Shown: one piece after another, positions 51,180-64,000 of the stretch | Position numbering within the stretch: the first letter of the stretch is position 1 | How the letters are laid out: each line of letters starts with the position of its first letter | Made by a program: the position numbers and the translations under genes | From: Sphagnum compactum | Taxonomy: Eukaryota | Assembly (NCBI GenBank): GCA_965153455.1 | Contig: OZ234493.1 | Span: 8,546,213-8,610,212 of the forward strand | DNA length: 64,000 bases | Direction: 5' to 3' | The notes under the pieces: generated by a model | The model's input: the letters and a program-made list of their open reading frames with translations, nothing else | What the model was told of the DNA's origin: nothing | Databases searched by the model: none

Positions 51180-53225
51180 TGCTAGAAGGAATGCAATTTC
51201 AATTTTCTCAAATGCACAAAATGGAGGTGAATTGGAAAGTGGGGCAAAAAATGAAGATTTGAAACACGACTGTTATATTCCATTGCACTCATCATATTCC
51301 AATGTTGTTCAATAACTACTTGTTGCAATGTAACCACTTGTGCAATCACTTGATGCATGGCCATAGTAAAAACAAGAGTCACCAATATCTTGTAGCTACA
51401 CTCATCCATTGTTTGTGATAAGAGTAATTTTTTTTTTAAAAAAAAAACCATGAAAAAAAAAAGAAAAAAAAGACAAAAAGAGCAAAACTTAACCTAATCT
51501 TTTTATATGTCAATCACTTTTTTTTTTATTGAATTCTCAAATTAGACCCCAAACCTTTAGACATGCTCATTGTATTTTAGGGGGAAATGTTTTTTTTAAA
51601 GGTGAAAAAGGTCCAATTCGAGGTTTAATTTGCTTCAAATTGGTCCCAAGGTTTTTGATCCTTGGACCTTTGTTTAAAATGGCCTCAAAAAGTAACCATG
51701 TTACATTTCTATGAGATGATTAGTTGTGAAAGGATGTTAGTTTTCATTTTTATTTAGGGATTAGTTTAATTAGTAAGACAACTTGGTAACTTGTAATATG
51801 TTTACATTCTATTTTAATTGTGATGGAAATGATGTTAATTAGTTTAGCTAGTTTAAAAAAAATTAGTGGGTAAAAAGTTGTTTGATTAGTTTTAATTAAT
51901 TTTATAATGAATTAATGATTAACTAGTTGTCATTTAGTAGGAGTTAATGTACATTAAAGGTATATTAGGGTAGGTAAATAGGTTGATAAATAAATAAGTG
52001 GATAAATAGTTATACTTACCTATCCACCTACCTACCTATACCTACATATCTACAAATGTAAGTAGTTGGGTATGTACATAAATGAATAGTTAAGAAAATA
52101 GATATGCAATTAAGTAAACAGGTTAAATAGGTATGTAATTGGTTAGGTTAGTTGGGTGGGTAAGTTCAGTAAATAAGTAAATACATATGTAATTAAGTAT
52201 GTAGGTATGTAAATAGGTAGATTAATTAGGTTGGTAGGTATGGGAAGGTGGGTTGGTGGTTAATTACGTGGGTAGTTGGTTAATTAAGTAAGTCAAATTA
52301 AATTTTAAAATACAAAACTAAAATGCATCATCCATTTTGAATGGTTTAGAATTCTAACATGTGGTATAATTTTTAAAATTCATGTGGCATATTATTTAAA
52401 TTTTGGCAAAAATATATAGGTAGGTAAACAAGGTAGGTAGGTGGGTATGTAAACCTAGGCTAAGTAGGTAGGATTTTATTGTATTTTGGATACAAGTTTT
52501 AGGGTCAAACATCTTTGATTGGTTTATTCCAATGGCATTTTCTTTTTAAAGTTTAAAATGCACACTTATTTGTATAATTTATAATTTTGAAAAGGAGGAC
52601 AAAAAATATGGGATATAATTTTTTTCGTAAAATAATTTTATTCCATTATTTTAGCTTTATTTTTCACTTGGGATTTTCATAATTATTGGGCAAAATGTCA
52701 CTTGGGATGAACCAATCAAAAATCTTGATTTTAAATGCTAAAACTAAAATAAAATTAAAATATCTACCCATTTTCTACCTAACTTAATTATATACTCACC
52801 TAAATATTTATTTTTGCTATATTTAAATCAAAATTCAAATAATATGTCATATGGAAAAAAGTTATTGTACCATGTGTCATGATTAAAACCAATCCAAAAT
52901 TAATGATGTGGATTTAATTTTGATTAATTTTAAAGAGAAGTTTAGTTATGTTGCCTTGTGGCAACTAAATAATTGGTCTATTTTTTAGTCATAAATAATA
53001 AAAAGTAGTCAGTAAAAATGAGAAATAGTTGCAAGGGGTATATGTTTGGTCAACACATAAGATTGAATTTGTTGATCATATATTTCATTGTGATGAGATC
53101 ACAATGCATTAGTGCTTGTGATTATAGATTGTGTGGGACTAAACTTATGCAACTATGAAATTTTGGTTGTAAATATTGGTAGTGACAATTTTATAGTTGT
53201 AAGATGATGTTTTTTTTTTCTAGTG
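51180..53225. mobile_element. Non-autonomous CACTA-like element, same family as 12756-14621, opposite orientation
   Basis: Right end tagttgtaagatgatg(t)nctagtg ends in TAGTG. It contains (tagg)n tracts, and 52499-52540 is the inverted homolog of about 14005-14050. The left boundary is uncertain. Confidence 0.5.
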
Positions 53226-54867
53226 GATGCAAGGTAAGGAGGGGGCAATACCTTTGGAACCCCATTGATTATCTCCAGGACCAGGAGTACTAGGAGGGGA
53301 TGCAATTGGAGGCACACCTAACCATTACTTTCATTCCCTTCTCACAACACACCAAACCAAGTCAACAGTGGAGGTAGTACCTCCATCAGGACTACCCACT
53401 AATTGTGAAGCCCAAACAACCATGGAATAGGTGGTAATGGTAGAGATGGTGTTAACATTAACCCCGGTCCATGACCATCACCCGGGGCTTGGTAACAATT
53501 TAGACATAGAAGGTAGCTTTTGAGGGGAGTCTTGGGCTTTGGTGACAAGCTAATGTGCAAGCTACCTTAAATAAAAAGGACTAATCGTAGGCATGGCATT
53601 AGGCCAAATGGAGACCTTGAGAAGGGAAAAGGTGATGGTGGTACAAGGCTACAAGCAAGTCGCAAAATTGCTAAAACAACCCGTATGATGACTTGTTATT
53701 GAAGCACTCGATGCTCAAACTTGAGGCAATAGTGTGTCAAAGGGAAAATTTTTGGCATTGAGAGCAATGATTGAATGAGATCAAGGGGCATTTGGAGGAG
53801 GTTTTGAGGATGCCATTCTTACCTTATAAGGTAAGAATGAATGAGGCCTGGTACAAAAACACCATTGTCACCTACCAGCAAGCCTACCCCAGTTTTAAGC
53901 TTGGGGTATTGCTAACATTTCCAGACTCAAGCACATCAGCAAGCTTGAAAGATAGTGAGTATGAAGAATAATGTACAATTTTTTTCATGAGCAAAACAGA
54001 CACAATAACAATGCATTATTTGGGGTGCTTTTCATGGATTTCCACTTTCTCAGATTTGCAATTCTCAGAAAATTTAGTGCCACCTCTGATGATGCTGGTA
54101 AATGCTTGTCCAAGAATTCAAGATGTTTCGAGACCTAATCAAAAGCATCTGTATAATGGTAACTACTCAAGGAAAATGGCTATCTAGTTACAAATAAGCC
54201 AACAAAGAAGAATCCATCCTCTTCTTTGATCACCAGTTCACTAACATTGGCAGATTGCAGATTTTCTTCAGCTTATTGAAAGGGTGTGTATGAGATGCCT
54301 ATCAACAATGCCTGAAACGGAGAGGTGAGCTCAAACACACTACAAGGCTTTCTTGAGGACTGTCTTAGCTGCAGCCCAGCCTTCCATATGTTCAGTGATT
54401 TCTTCAGACAAGCTGCTGGCTAGTACTGTAGCCATTATACAAAATCTGCATCCTGAGTTTGTGTTGCATTTTTGAAAGCAAAGCAATAATCTCCACAAAA
54501 TACTCATGCCACTGCATGTGAACCCAAAATCACCCACTACCTCAGTCAAACACTAAGAATGATCACTGGTTGTTAAGAGAGGGTAATTTGCCCTCCCAGT
54601 TCTATGTAAAAGGAACTGCATGTTTGTGATCCCCTGGTATCTGTAACTACAAAGTTGCGAAACCCAAAAGATTTCATGAAATTCTTGCTACATCCCTCAT
54701 GTGTTTGTATGGTGAAGGATCCAAACAGGGCAACATTTCCACATGTTGTAATGTCTTCTCTGGTCAGGGAGCTTCCCAGTACCTCAAAATGCGATAACTT
54801 TGGCTTGATTGAGAACAACAATGCCACAAACTTTTCTTGAGAAGAACTAGGGGTGTGTCACACTGTG

Positions 54868-56120
54868 GTCTTGCCACTTATATTAAAAAGTATCTCAAGG
54901 CAAAAGAAGAATTATGGACACTCAAATATTTCACCATGCAAAAATATAATCTTCCAAAAATCTCGTACAAGAAACCAAAATCCTTCAAGATATTACAATT
55001 CTATAACAAATCTCAAGTTTCAACACAAGCCAAAATATCATCTTTCAAAAATCTTCATATAAAAATAGACCTACTGTAGCCTAAAAACAGTGTTCAACAT
55101 TTTTTGTGGATGAAAGCAAAAACCCTAATTCAACTCTGTGGCAAATGATGCCGAAGCTGTTGTGTTTTAAGGACACCAAAAAGTTCAATTACTTGTTTTT
55201 TAGTTTTTGGCTTGGTTTGTTGTTTTGCAGGTTATTGTGGAGTGGCTTTGGTGAGTTAGTTTTGGTGATGGAGCGGGATCCTAGCTACTCAATGGACAAT
55301 CTTGATGAGCAATGTGAATGACGGTCCTTGGAGACGATTGGTGCTGAGCTTTCAAAAGAGCGAAGGGATGTGGACAATGCAAAGCTATATGAAGCTGGCT
55401 AAAAAAGAAGACAACAGGGGGGAGGGGGGGAGGGGGATTTTTCTTTGGGAGTGGGAAAAGCTAAGTTCCTATTCTACTAGTTAGGATGTGTGGAGTTTGT
55501 TTAGATTTTGATAATAATCAGTTGGGGATGGAAGTCCCTTTAGACTTCTTCTTCTCTTGAACTTGGCATTTATTCTTCCGCTGTGCCAAGAGTGTTAGGA
55601 AGGAAATAGGAGGTCTAGTGTTTGCATGTTAAGGACCAAATCAAGGGAAATGGTGAAAGCATCTAGGATTTCAGGAATGATTATAATGGCAACCATCATT
55701 TTTGTTAGTTTTTGGGGTTTCAATGTGAACGTGTAATGTGTTGTACTCTGAGAAGAGAATACCTATGATTTAGTGGGAGCTCCGAGGATTTTGGAACAAG
55801 AGGATGTTGTGAGGTGTAGATGATCACATCTACGTACTCTGTTCTTAGTCTCTATCCAACTTCTGAGAACAATTATGTAATGGTGTGGGGTAGCATTTGT
55901 GGGGATTCTATTGTTGAATAATGAGCTGCCACACTCATTAACAATTAGTTGGCTCCTTGAGAAGAAATCAAGAGAGGTCTGATCCCTTGAGGTCCATAGA
56001 ACTAAAATAACAAAATCTACTTGACTGGAAGGATTTAGGTTTAAAAACAATACATGTTATAACCTTCTTTTGGCTCTTTGGAAATTTCCAGCAAATCTTG
56101 TTGAATTTGTATTCAAAATG
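54868..56120. repeat. Unclassified dispersed repeat (copy 2, uninterrupted) plus an adjacent segment of about 205 bp shared with 22570-22780
   Basis: 55080-56120 matches 41638-43547 without the insertion. 54868-55074 matches 22570-22780. Confidence 0.8.
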
Positions 56121-57671
56121 TTAGGAATTTCCACACCAAAAATCATCTCTTTTTCATTTTGGTATCAGAGCAGCACAATCCCAAAAGGTTGGAACATATG
56201 TGATTACTAGGGTACCTGGAAGATGAAGTGTCCCAGAAATGTCTGATTCCAATGAAGAGCAATTGGTTGCAAAAACTCAAGAAATTCAGGAAGAATAGAT
56301 CATTGTTAGGTTTGATTTCCCCATAACTCAAGGAGCACCATGGACAAGAACGTTAATTCTGCGTCAGTTAGGATTCGGTGTTGTTACCATTATAGGAATG
56401 AGCCCTGATGAAGCCTAAGCTAGAGACATTATTGTGGAGCTAATGCACAACATGTTCTATACTAGGGCACAGGTCTGGGTGAAAATGCAAGATGGAGCAG
56501 GAGGATGGGTTTCAAGTGCAAGATTTCAAAAACAATATCACTTTACCTCCTACCTTGTGTAAGGTGTCAACACACAGATCGGAAAGACAAAGACAAATGT
56601 TGTGAATAGGTGACATTTGGATTCCTTTTTCTCATGTTTCCCCAAATCATTTCAGCAGATTTTTTATTCCAAGATTGGAGGATTTATTTCGAACTAGAGA
56701 TCGGATATTGAAGGTGGAGAACTTTGTTCAATTTTTAAAAATCCAATCAAAAGTGCCTAATCGGAATCTCTTTTTTTATATATAATTCTTAGGTAGACAA
56801 TTGCCTAACCGGCTATCCCAATTCCCCACCTACCATATTTCTGCATTTCTTCCAACTCCAATATTATGAAATTGAAAAGCATACAATTGTGATTGTATGC
56901 ACAAAAGGTGCCACTTGATTTCATGAGATTTTCACAGTCTTTTGTGTTGATTGCTTGACAAGGTTTTCTGCATTTGTTGGCTCTGCCCTTCAGGGTGGTA
57001 GAGACAAAAAATTTCACAAATTTTGACTCCTTTGAAGAAATGCAAAAAAGCTCAGTGCAGAAAGTAAAGAAGAAAATTGTCTAAGTCTGAGAGATGTTCA
57101 AATGTATGAGAGATCCACAAATGTGAGCAGAGGTGTTTGAGCAAGAGTCTTGGAGCTTCGTCGTTTTGTGTTTTTGTTATCCCATCTGAAGAGAAAGGAT
57201 GAAGTTTGCAAAGAGATTTGATTTCTAGATATTGGATTTTCTGGCAGTTTCGGATAGCTTGTCGTCAATAATCTTGGTTTGTGGGGTTTTGATCTTAGAG
57301 CATCCCCAGCTGTGCTAAGTACATGCCCCTACACATTAAAATTGGATGAAGAGAACGAAACATATGCCGGTTGAATCAGCAGAATGATTTTGGCCCAGCA
57401 TTTTCTCACGTAGTAAAAGGCGCCCTGCCAGATAAGAGTGTGATAATTATGATTTGACTGTTGCCCCCTGTTTCTGATTGGATGATCATAATGATTGGTC
57501 GAGGTGGCTTGCTATTACCGTAGTAGCCTCCCACCTATTTGCAGTCCCAGTTTTAGTTTTATGGGTGGGGTTGCAAAAAAGTAAATAACTAAACTTCGAT
57601 GTGAGAAATATTTTTGCAGGGTCACATATTGAGCTCCGCTGGGGGATGATGTTATGTTTTGACCATAGACG

Positions 57672-60600
57672 ATGTCTGTCTTGCAGAACAATGTTTGTGT
57701 TTCTGCAATGCTCTCACATCTACCCTCCATGGCAACGTTGTCGTCGTGGTCGTCATCATTATTGTCGTCTTCTAGGTTTTCCAATGGCCATGAATTGCCA
57801 GGAAGAAGCTCCTGGAAACTGAGGTATAAACCTTCTGGGTGTTTTGTCGGGAGTTGTTTTCGGAATCTCGGAATTCTGGGCTTCCGTGAGGGGTTTGGAC
57901 TCGGAAGGAGAAGAAGGAGCGATGAAGTTTTTATCGGTGGGAGGAGGAGCAGAAGCTGCAGCAACAAAAGAGATGATGTGTTTTTCGTTAAAGCTGTAAG
58001 TGCGAATGCTGGTGAGGATGGAAATGAGCTGCTGGAAATCTCTAGGAGAGGTTCAAAACCAACTAAGCTGCTCACATTGCCTACGATTTTGACTTTGTGC
58101 CGGGTGGCAGCCGTGCCTGCATTGCTTACAGGTATGAGCTTCTAATTCTCCTTCCACGGGTCGTCGTCTCGAACTTAAGGGAGGCCATTCTTCATGCAAA
58201 CCAACCTACCTGAGAGTAGTGATGATCTCACAAATCAGCATGGGAGGAGAAGAAGAAACTTCGATCCTCAGCCATATTTCTTGATTCAAGTTTTGTAGTT
58301 ATTTCATTGCATGCAGAAATTTAGGGTGTGGAGTGTAGGGTTAGTACGGGCTTCAGGTCTTTTTTGGGGGGGGGGGCACAACAGCAGATCCAACTGACAA
58401 GCTGTTAGCTATACCCCAAGTGAGGCCCCGTGGCAAAGGACACTGCAAGGCTTTCACCTGCTCATTAGTGGTTTTGAACCCAATACCTTTGTGAAACCAA
58501 ACAGGGTTTAGGGTTTAGTGTTTACATACCACTGAGACATCATCATCCCTTGGGGTGAGCTTCAGGTTTCGAAGCAAGCAATGAAATTAGGAACATATGT
58601 CCCTTTCAACCATGCAGTTGCTGCTGCGCTGCTTTACTCTCTTTAATCTATTGTGGAGTTCCCAGATTGCACACCAGATTGAGTTTAACCAGCCCTCTGT
58701 TAACCCTGCCTGATTCATACAACTTCCATGAAAAGAACCTTTAGCACTAGCCTGGCTAAACCTGGGCATTTGAAGTACTTGTGGACATTTGGGGAAGTGA
58801 ATACAAACGTGGGTCTCTGGAGCAGTATTCTACTTGTCGGAAGAGTATGCAGCAGTAGCTGGAACCACAATTTTTGTAGCAGCAGCACTAACAGATTGGC
58901 TTGATGGTTATCTTGCCCGCAAGGTAATTTGCCTCTTCCCCCTAAAATGTGCACAATTTTTTTCTTTTGTATCATGCACCAAAGTGAGTCAAGTTTCAGA
59001 ATTTTTTTGCTCATTGAGTTGTTACCAGTAATTAGTACAACATTGAAATTAGTGGTCTTTTGGTCCACAGATGGGTGTCATTTCTGAATTTGGAGCTTTT
59101 CTGGATCCTGTTGCTGACAAGGTGAGTGCTGGTGTGTAGACCAAACTATTTGTGGTTTAGGGGCCTTGTTAACCAGACAACAGGATCTCTGGTGCATCCA
59201 CTGATGGCTAGAGCTGACATAGTGACAGTGTTTCCATTCATAAACTCTAGAAAAAAAATTGTTTGTAGATGCTTCATTTGTATGTGGTTCCAGCAGGAGG
59301 AATTATGCATGTGTGACTCTTGCAGTTAATGGTGGCAGCTGCGCTGGTGCTGCTATGCACAAGGCCACTGGCAATGCCCTGGGCGAGGCTCCACCCGTGG
59401 ATTCTTCCTCTTCCAGCCATAGCCATAATTGGACGCGAGGTGCCACTCCTAGAAAGCCCACAAGTTTGTAGGAAACAGATATGGATGAATTTTGTTAATT
59501 TGATAACTGTTGCACCCATCACCAAATTATATAGAAACCAAAGTTCCCATCATAGTTCTGCTACTATGCCTGTTTAAAACTGATGAGACTTCTGGGTGTT
59601 CTCCTTATGTGCCTAAGATGTTTCAATTTGTGAGGGTTTAGTCCAACTGATGCGGGATTATTAAGAGGAGTCATGACAGATCACAATGTCAGCTTTACGG
59701 GAGTGGGCGGCATCACAGGGTGGCAATCTTCACAAGGTATTTGCTCTTCTTGCTGGCAACTTGTTTTTTTTGTAGATTGAGCTGGCCAACATTATGGCTG
59801 TGTCTACCTGTTGCCTCCAGACTTGGAACAGAAAATTGGTATGTTGGTTAATTTCTCACATTGCCCTATGACTAATGCTGGGAGCTGATAAAGTCAGTGG
59901 GAATCTTCTGATAGCTAGTCACCACCAGATGCATTGCTATTGATGGTCACTGAACCTGCTGTGGCTTGTTGCTATGGTTCACACCACTCTTTATTATATC
60001 TTGCCATAGTTTGCATTCCATTTTGCATTTCTGTTCTCTAGTCACAGCATTTTTCTTGTTTGGTTTGCTGTGATTCCTTTTTTAACATTCAACTATAATT
60101 TCTTTTCTATAACCTTATCATCAGGTCATCTCATGATATCACAAGAGCTCTGAAAGTTTCAATTCTTATAAAGATATTTTCTGTACATTATATCCATACA
60201 CTTTGTGAGTGACACTCATGAGGTTATGACTGCACTCATTCTTGTTGTCTTCATTTTGGTTTTGCTGGTTTTGCTCAGAAACAAGCACTTTCTTTGATTG
60301 GTGGCTGCACAATACGGAGATTGACTTATGCTAATGAGTAATTTTTTGTGAAGGCTGTGGCAGTGAGTAGCCTGGGAAAGCTGAAAACGGCTTCACAGAT
60401 GGTGGCAATTACACTGCTGCTGGCCACTCAAGATGGCAGGTAAACTCTATGTGACTTCAGAGAGGGATGGATAGTGAATTTGCCCAATTCTGCCCACTGA
60501 AGACTGGTGGCCTAGTAAGATAGGTCCAAAAGTCTTGTCTGACTATCATCAAATCAAGTATCATAGTTCAAATTCTTGTCTCAAAGTTCTCCTCCTTTCT

Positions 60601-61323
60601 TCTCTTTATTTTCTTTCTCCTTCTTTTTTTGGGTTTTTTCCCCATTTCTGGCCTTTTCCCTTTCTGTGTTCCTCTTTCTTCTTGGGTATTTTGTCTTCTA
60701 TTTCTCTTTTGGTTTTCATGGAGCTAGCCAATAGTCATGACTGAGTTATCATAGGTGGTCAATGGCTCACGTGTTGCTGTTGAAGCTCGTGGAACAAGTG
60801 TAGGACCATCACTGTCATTCAAACAGCTCCTCATTTCTGTCTGGTGGTCTTTTTTCCTCATTTCTTTAGGATAGGGAGGGGTTTCCTCTTTTTCATGGTT
60901 GTTGATTGTTGCTGGTTTGTTGTCAGATCTGGAATATCCATGACTGTATTGTAGAGCCATTTCTCAAATTTTTTTCAAGTTGAGTTAAATTGTATGTAAT
61001 GAGAAGTTCTCAGTTCTTATGTAGATACTCAAATGAACTCATTAATGGGTAATGAGAACATCTGTTGCATGTAACAGAGCAAAAGCTATAGGTGAAACAC
61101 ATTCATGCTTCACATTCTAAGCTACAAGTAAAATGTGGGAAATCAGAATAGTCTGCTGGACATAGTTCTATTTGCCATTTGATATGATGTTTTGTTTGTG
61201 AATTGTCACAGAGGGGGAGCATTAGGGGCAACGGGTGTTGCTCTTCTATACATTGCTGCAGGCCTTGCACTTTGGTCACTTGCTGTGTACATTAAAGCAA
61301 TCTTTGGGAACTTGGCAACATAG
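57672..61323 (+). CDS. PGPS1: CDP-diacylglycerol--glycerol-3-phosphate 3-phosphatidyltransferase (phosphatidylglycerophosphate synthase) with a Ser/Arg-rich, transit-peptide-like N-terminus, about 325 aa
   Basis: Exons 57672-58131, 58826-58923, 59071-59121, 59326-59439, 59680-59736, 60354-60439, 61212-61323 total 978 nt in frame. CDP-alcohol phosphotransferase motif TDWLDGYLARK...GAFLDPVADK, plus LTLPTILTLCRVAAVP, IIGREITMSALREWAASQ and LGKLKTASQM, as in plant PGP1/PGP2. The start ATG is uncertain because there are in-frame ATGs downstream. Confidence 0.94.
59775..60250 (+). repeat. Ancient intronic dispersed repeat, copy C (PGPS intron 5), split by about 250 bp of unrelated sequence
   Basis: gagctggccaacatt...cctgttgcctccaga...ggagctgataaagtcagtggg...tgatggtc, then ctttgtgagtgacactcatgaggttatgactgcactcattcttg. 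Confidence 0.72.
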
Positions 61324-63534
61324 ATTCCAGCGGATTGGGTAACCTCCAATGTTCATAATAGTAACTGATCGTTGTGCTTCAAATGAAACACACTTGGTTA
61401 TGCACCTCAATGTTTGCCTATTTTCCATTGTGCCCTAAGATCCTGCAACACCCTATCACCTATCACACTCCCATGCCAATAACCTGTGGGTCCTGCTTTT
61501 ATTCTCCAAGCATGTTATGGATCACAGAAATGTGATTCAAATTTGCTTGCATGTTTTTGGGGTAGCAAGTCTGTAGGGGTCCAGGCTTTGAAGGTTTTAG
61601 GTCCAATAACAGACTTTTGAGGGATGTCTACAGGTTTAAACCTGACATGCTTTTAGCTTTCCTGTCTTTACAGCATTCTATGGTTTCTAAGCTTCCAGGG
61701 TCCACAGAATGACATATCTGGAGGTGCAAGATCTGTTTGTTAACCACCAATACCTTCCATAGAGATGTAGGTATGTTTATGTATGAAGTGTAACATATCA
61801 ATATCTGAAGTTATGGATCAAAAGCTTTCTTGCTGCCTATACAGATTATGACAGAAAGGAGAAACTGCAAGTTAGGGGATCCGATATGTGAAGTTATAGC
61901 TTTCAAGAAAATTCCAAAATCTCTTCATGACCTTTAAATGAAATGGTTACTCTTGGATTCACATTGGAACCTGGCAGGAATGTTGAAGTCATGTTGTCTA
62001 GTTGAAAATTACCAAGTGAGAAGTTTTAGGGTTGAATGGTTCCTCTGCAGCTATGTTTATTTTGTGCAAAGATCCCGAGTTTGAATATGTGTTCAAGATT
62101 TTTGTTTTTTTTGAGACTTCTAGGGTTAGAAAGTGGTTAGCACTTTTTGATAGTGGCTCAGCAGTTTTGGTCCTGTTGACTTCTTTGTTAGCTTTTTATC
62201 CTGAGTGCAAGCCAACATCATGACTAAATCTTCACAGTAATTCTACAAGTGCAACAAAAACTTAGGATGCAAATGTTTGTATGATGGCTTTTCCAAAAAA
62301 ATTAGCAGATTATTGTATATGTATTTAGTGGAGGTAGGCCTGAGGGCTCAAAACGCAATCTAAATTTTCAGAGTGCCACATGGCATCATTTAAAACACTT
62401 TCAAAGGAAAGCTGAAGGTGACCAACCAGTCATCAGTGTAGGTGCCGCAAGTTGGCCAGGGTGAACCAGCACCCATGTTAGTACCTTGACCTTTTTGAGT
62501 GAGGCCTCTTAGTGGCCATCTTAAGCCCAAAAAATGTTAAATCTGAACTCAGACACCCTGATTTAGTCTTAGCATGGGATATTTGTAATGTTTAGAAATA
62601 ATTTAAATGGACTAGCTTGGGTTCACCCAAAGCTCTCAAGTCACTGTGCCCTTGTTGGCTGATGGAATATCATTGAAACTACTTAATAGCAAGATGGGAA
62701 TTTGAAAAAGTTTCTCAGAGTCCACAATTTTTTTATAAAAACAATCAAGGCATTGAGGCTAGTGTTGCCCTGTTATTGGGGAATTGTTTTTAAATAAATA
62801 TGTTGGGTACTAATAAAGGGCACAATGACAGGCTATTGCAACCTACATGCCGGTTCTCACTAGCAGCAATATTTATTTTGGGGAAAAAAAAAAGGTGAGC
62901 TAGAGTTGCACAAGAAGTCCAAGACCATATAATTCACAGGGCTCTTGTGAAAATCCCCTCCGATCTCATTTGTATCATTAAATCCATCAGAGACATGTCT
63001 GTGGACATCAGTTGCAGAAAGCGTCCAGGTGCTGAAGAAGACTTATGTATGCCAGTGATTTTGCAGCTGCTGCTGGCTTGTTTATCCCCCCCCCCCCCCC
63101 CCCATGTAGTAGGCTAAGTAGTATTCAGTTTTCTGGGCAGCTTGGTCTACAACGTTAGAGAACAACAGTCTGTTAAGATCCTGTAAATAGTTCAACTGTT
63201 CCAAATTAGTACTGTTCTTTTTTCCAAGTCTCATACTGTGACTAGCAATCATTCACTGTGTTTGTAGTTGCTGGAAACAACAGGCTATGTGAAATTTTCG
63301 AAGTCCTCACCTCTTCTTAATAGGTAATGACTAGGTAATATTGCAGAGGAAGAGTGTAATATCATCATCCGCTCTGTCTGTGTCGACTCTCTCTAGTGAC
63401 CCAAGCTGACAACGTTTAGGTTTAGTGCTGCAGGAGCAGTATTACTCTACTTGAGAGAGAGACGGACGTAGTCAATAAAAGACAGCCATAGGCCTACCTC
63501 CACTCCAGGTCCCAGAAGGGACCAACTAGTTTAT

Positions 63535-63720
63535 GAATTTCAGGAGCTGATTAAGTCTATAATGAGTCACAGCAACTTGTCATTGCTATTTGTGCTATTT
63601 ATGGTGAAGGTGATGGTCTCACACTAGACCAGCAACACGCAAAAGGTTATGACTGCAATCATTGCCATGTTACCTTCAAAGTTTCTTTGTGAAGTTTTCT
63701 TTGCAATTCATTGACATGCA
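63535..63720 (+). repeat. Ancient dispersed repeat, partial copy D
   Basis: ggagctgattaagtc...gaaggtgatggtc...aaggttatgactgcaatcatt...catgttaccttc...tttgcaatt. Confidence 0.65.
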
Positions 63721-64000
63721 ATTCTACAGGAAACATGACGACATATTCATTTGTTGTTGGTGTCTTGTTTGCCATTCAATCCCTTCAACTTGATTGAGCA
63801 TCTGGTGGTTGATTTGTCAAAATAAAAGGCTTGCATCTTATGATGCCATGTTTGGTTATATGGAAGAAAAAACTGGGCAGCTTGTCATGTACCCCTCATT
63901 ATTGAATATGTTTAAACATGCAATACCTTCATCTATATGGATATTTATGGAATCTATCACTGTTAGCAGATTGTGTAATATCTTATATCTCTACATACCT

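Noticed and set aside
56398..56452. Hammerhead ribozyme-like CTGATGA followed by a small hairpin (AGC-CTAA-GCT)
   Set aside because: The required GAAA is GAGA, there is no valid NUH cleavage triplet, and stem I pairing is poor.
58503..58518. Telomere-like repeats (GGGTTTA x2 here, TTAGGG x2 near 16271)
   Set aside because: Only two units each, too short to call interstitial telomere.
63370..63470. miRNA-like hairpin (ctctctct / gagagaga arms, tgacaacg resembling the start of miR535)
   Set aside because: Pairing is short, bulged and driven by CT/GA repeats, and there is no full match to a known mature miRNA.
63497..63548. Possible minus-strand exon encoding PEIHKLVGPFWDLEWR
   Set aside because: The putative acceptor lies inside repeat copy D and no adjoining exons could be found.

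Overview
Eukaryotic, non-seed land-plant genomic DNA. It is bryophyte-like, and the repeat families resemble those of Sphagnum, though the organism is an inference. Four protein-coding genes can be rebuilt from GT-AG splice sites: an RBM39/CAPER-like splicing factor (minus strand, running off the left edge), chaperonin subunit CCT4 (plus, 12 exons, 532 aa), an intronless GC-rich PHT1 phosphate transporter (minus, 555 aa) and a phosphatidylglycerophosphate synthase (plus, 7 exons, about 325 aa). The intergenic DNA holds many decayed transposons. These are a solo LTR with a 5-bp TSD, CACTA-like non-autonomous elements, a 5.3-kb hAT with TIRs, TSD and an intron-containing pseudo-transposase, a pogo/Tigger-type element, a piggyBac transposase remnant, and a young composite hAT-type element with 42-bp palindromic arrays. 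The least expected signal is an old, highly diverged repeat of about 400 bp. It recurs in four introns of three unrelated housekeeping genes, always in the host's sense orientation. I found no CRISPR array, tRNA or rRNA. All alignments were made by eye.
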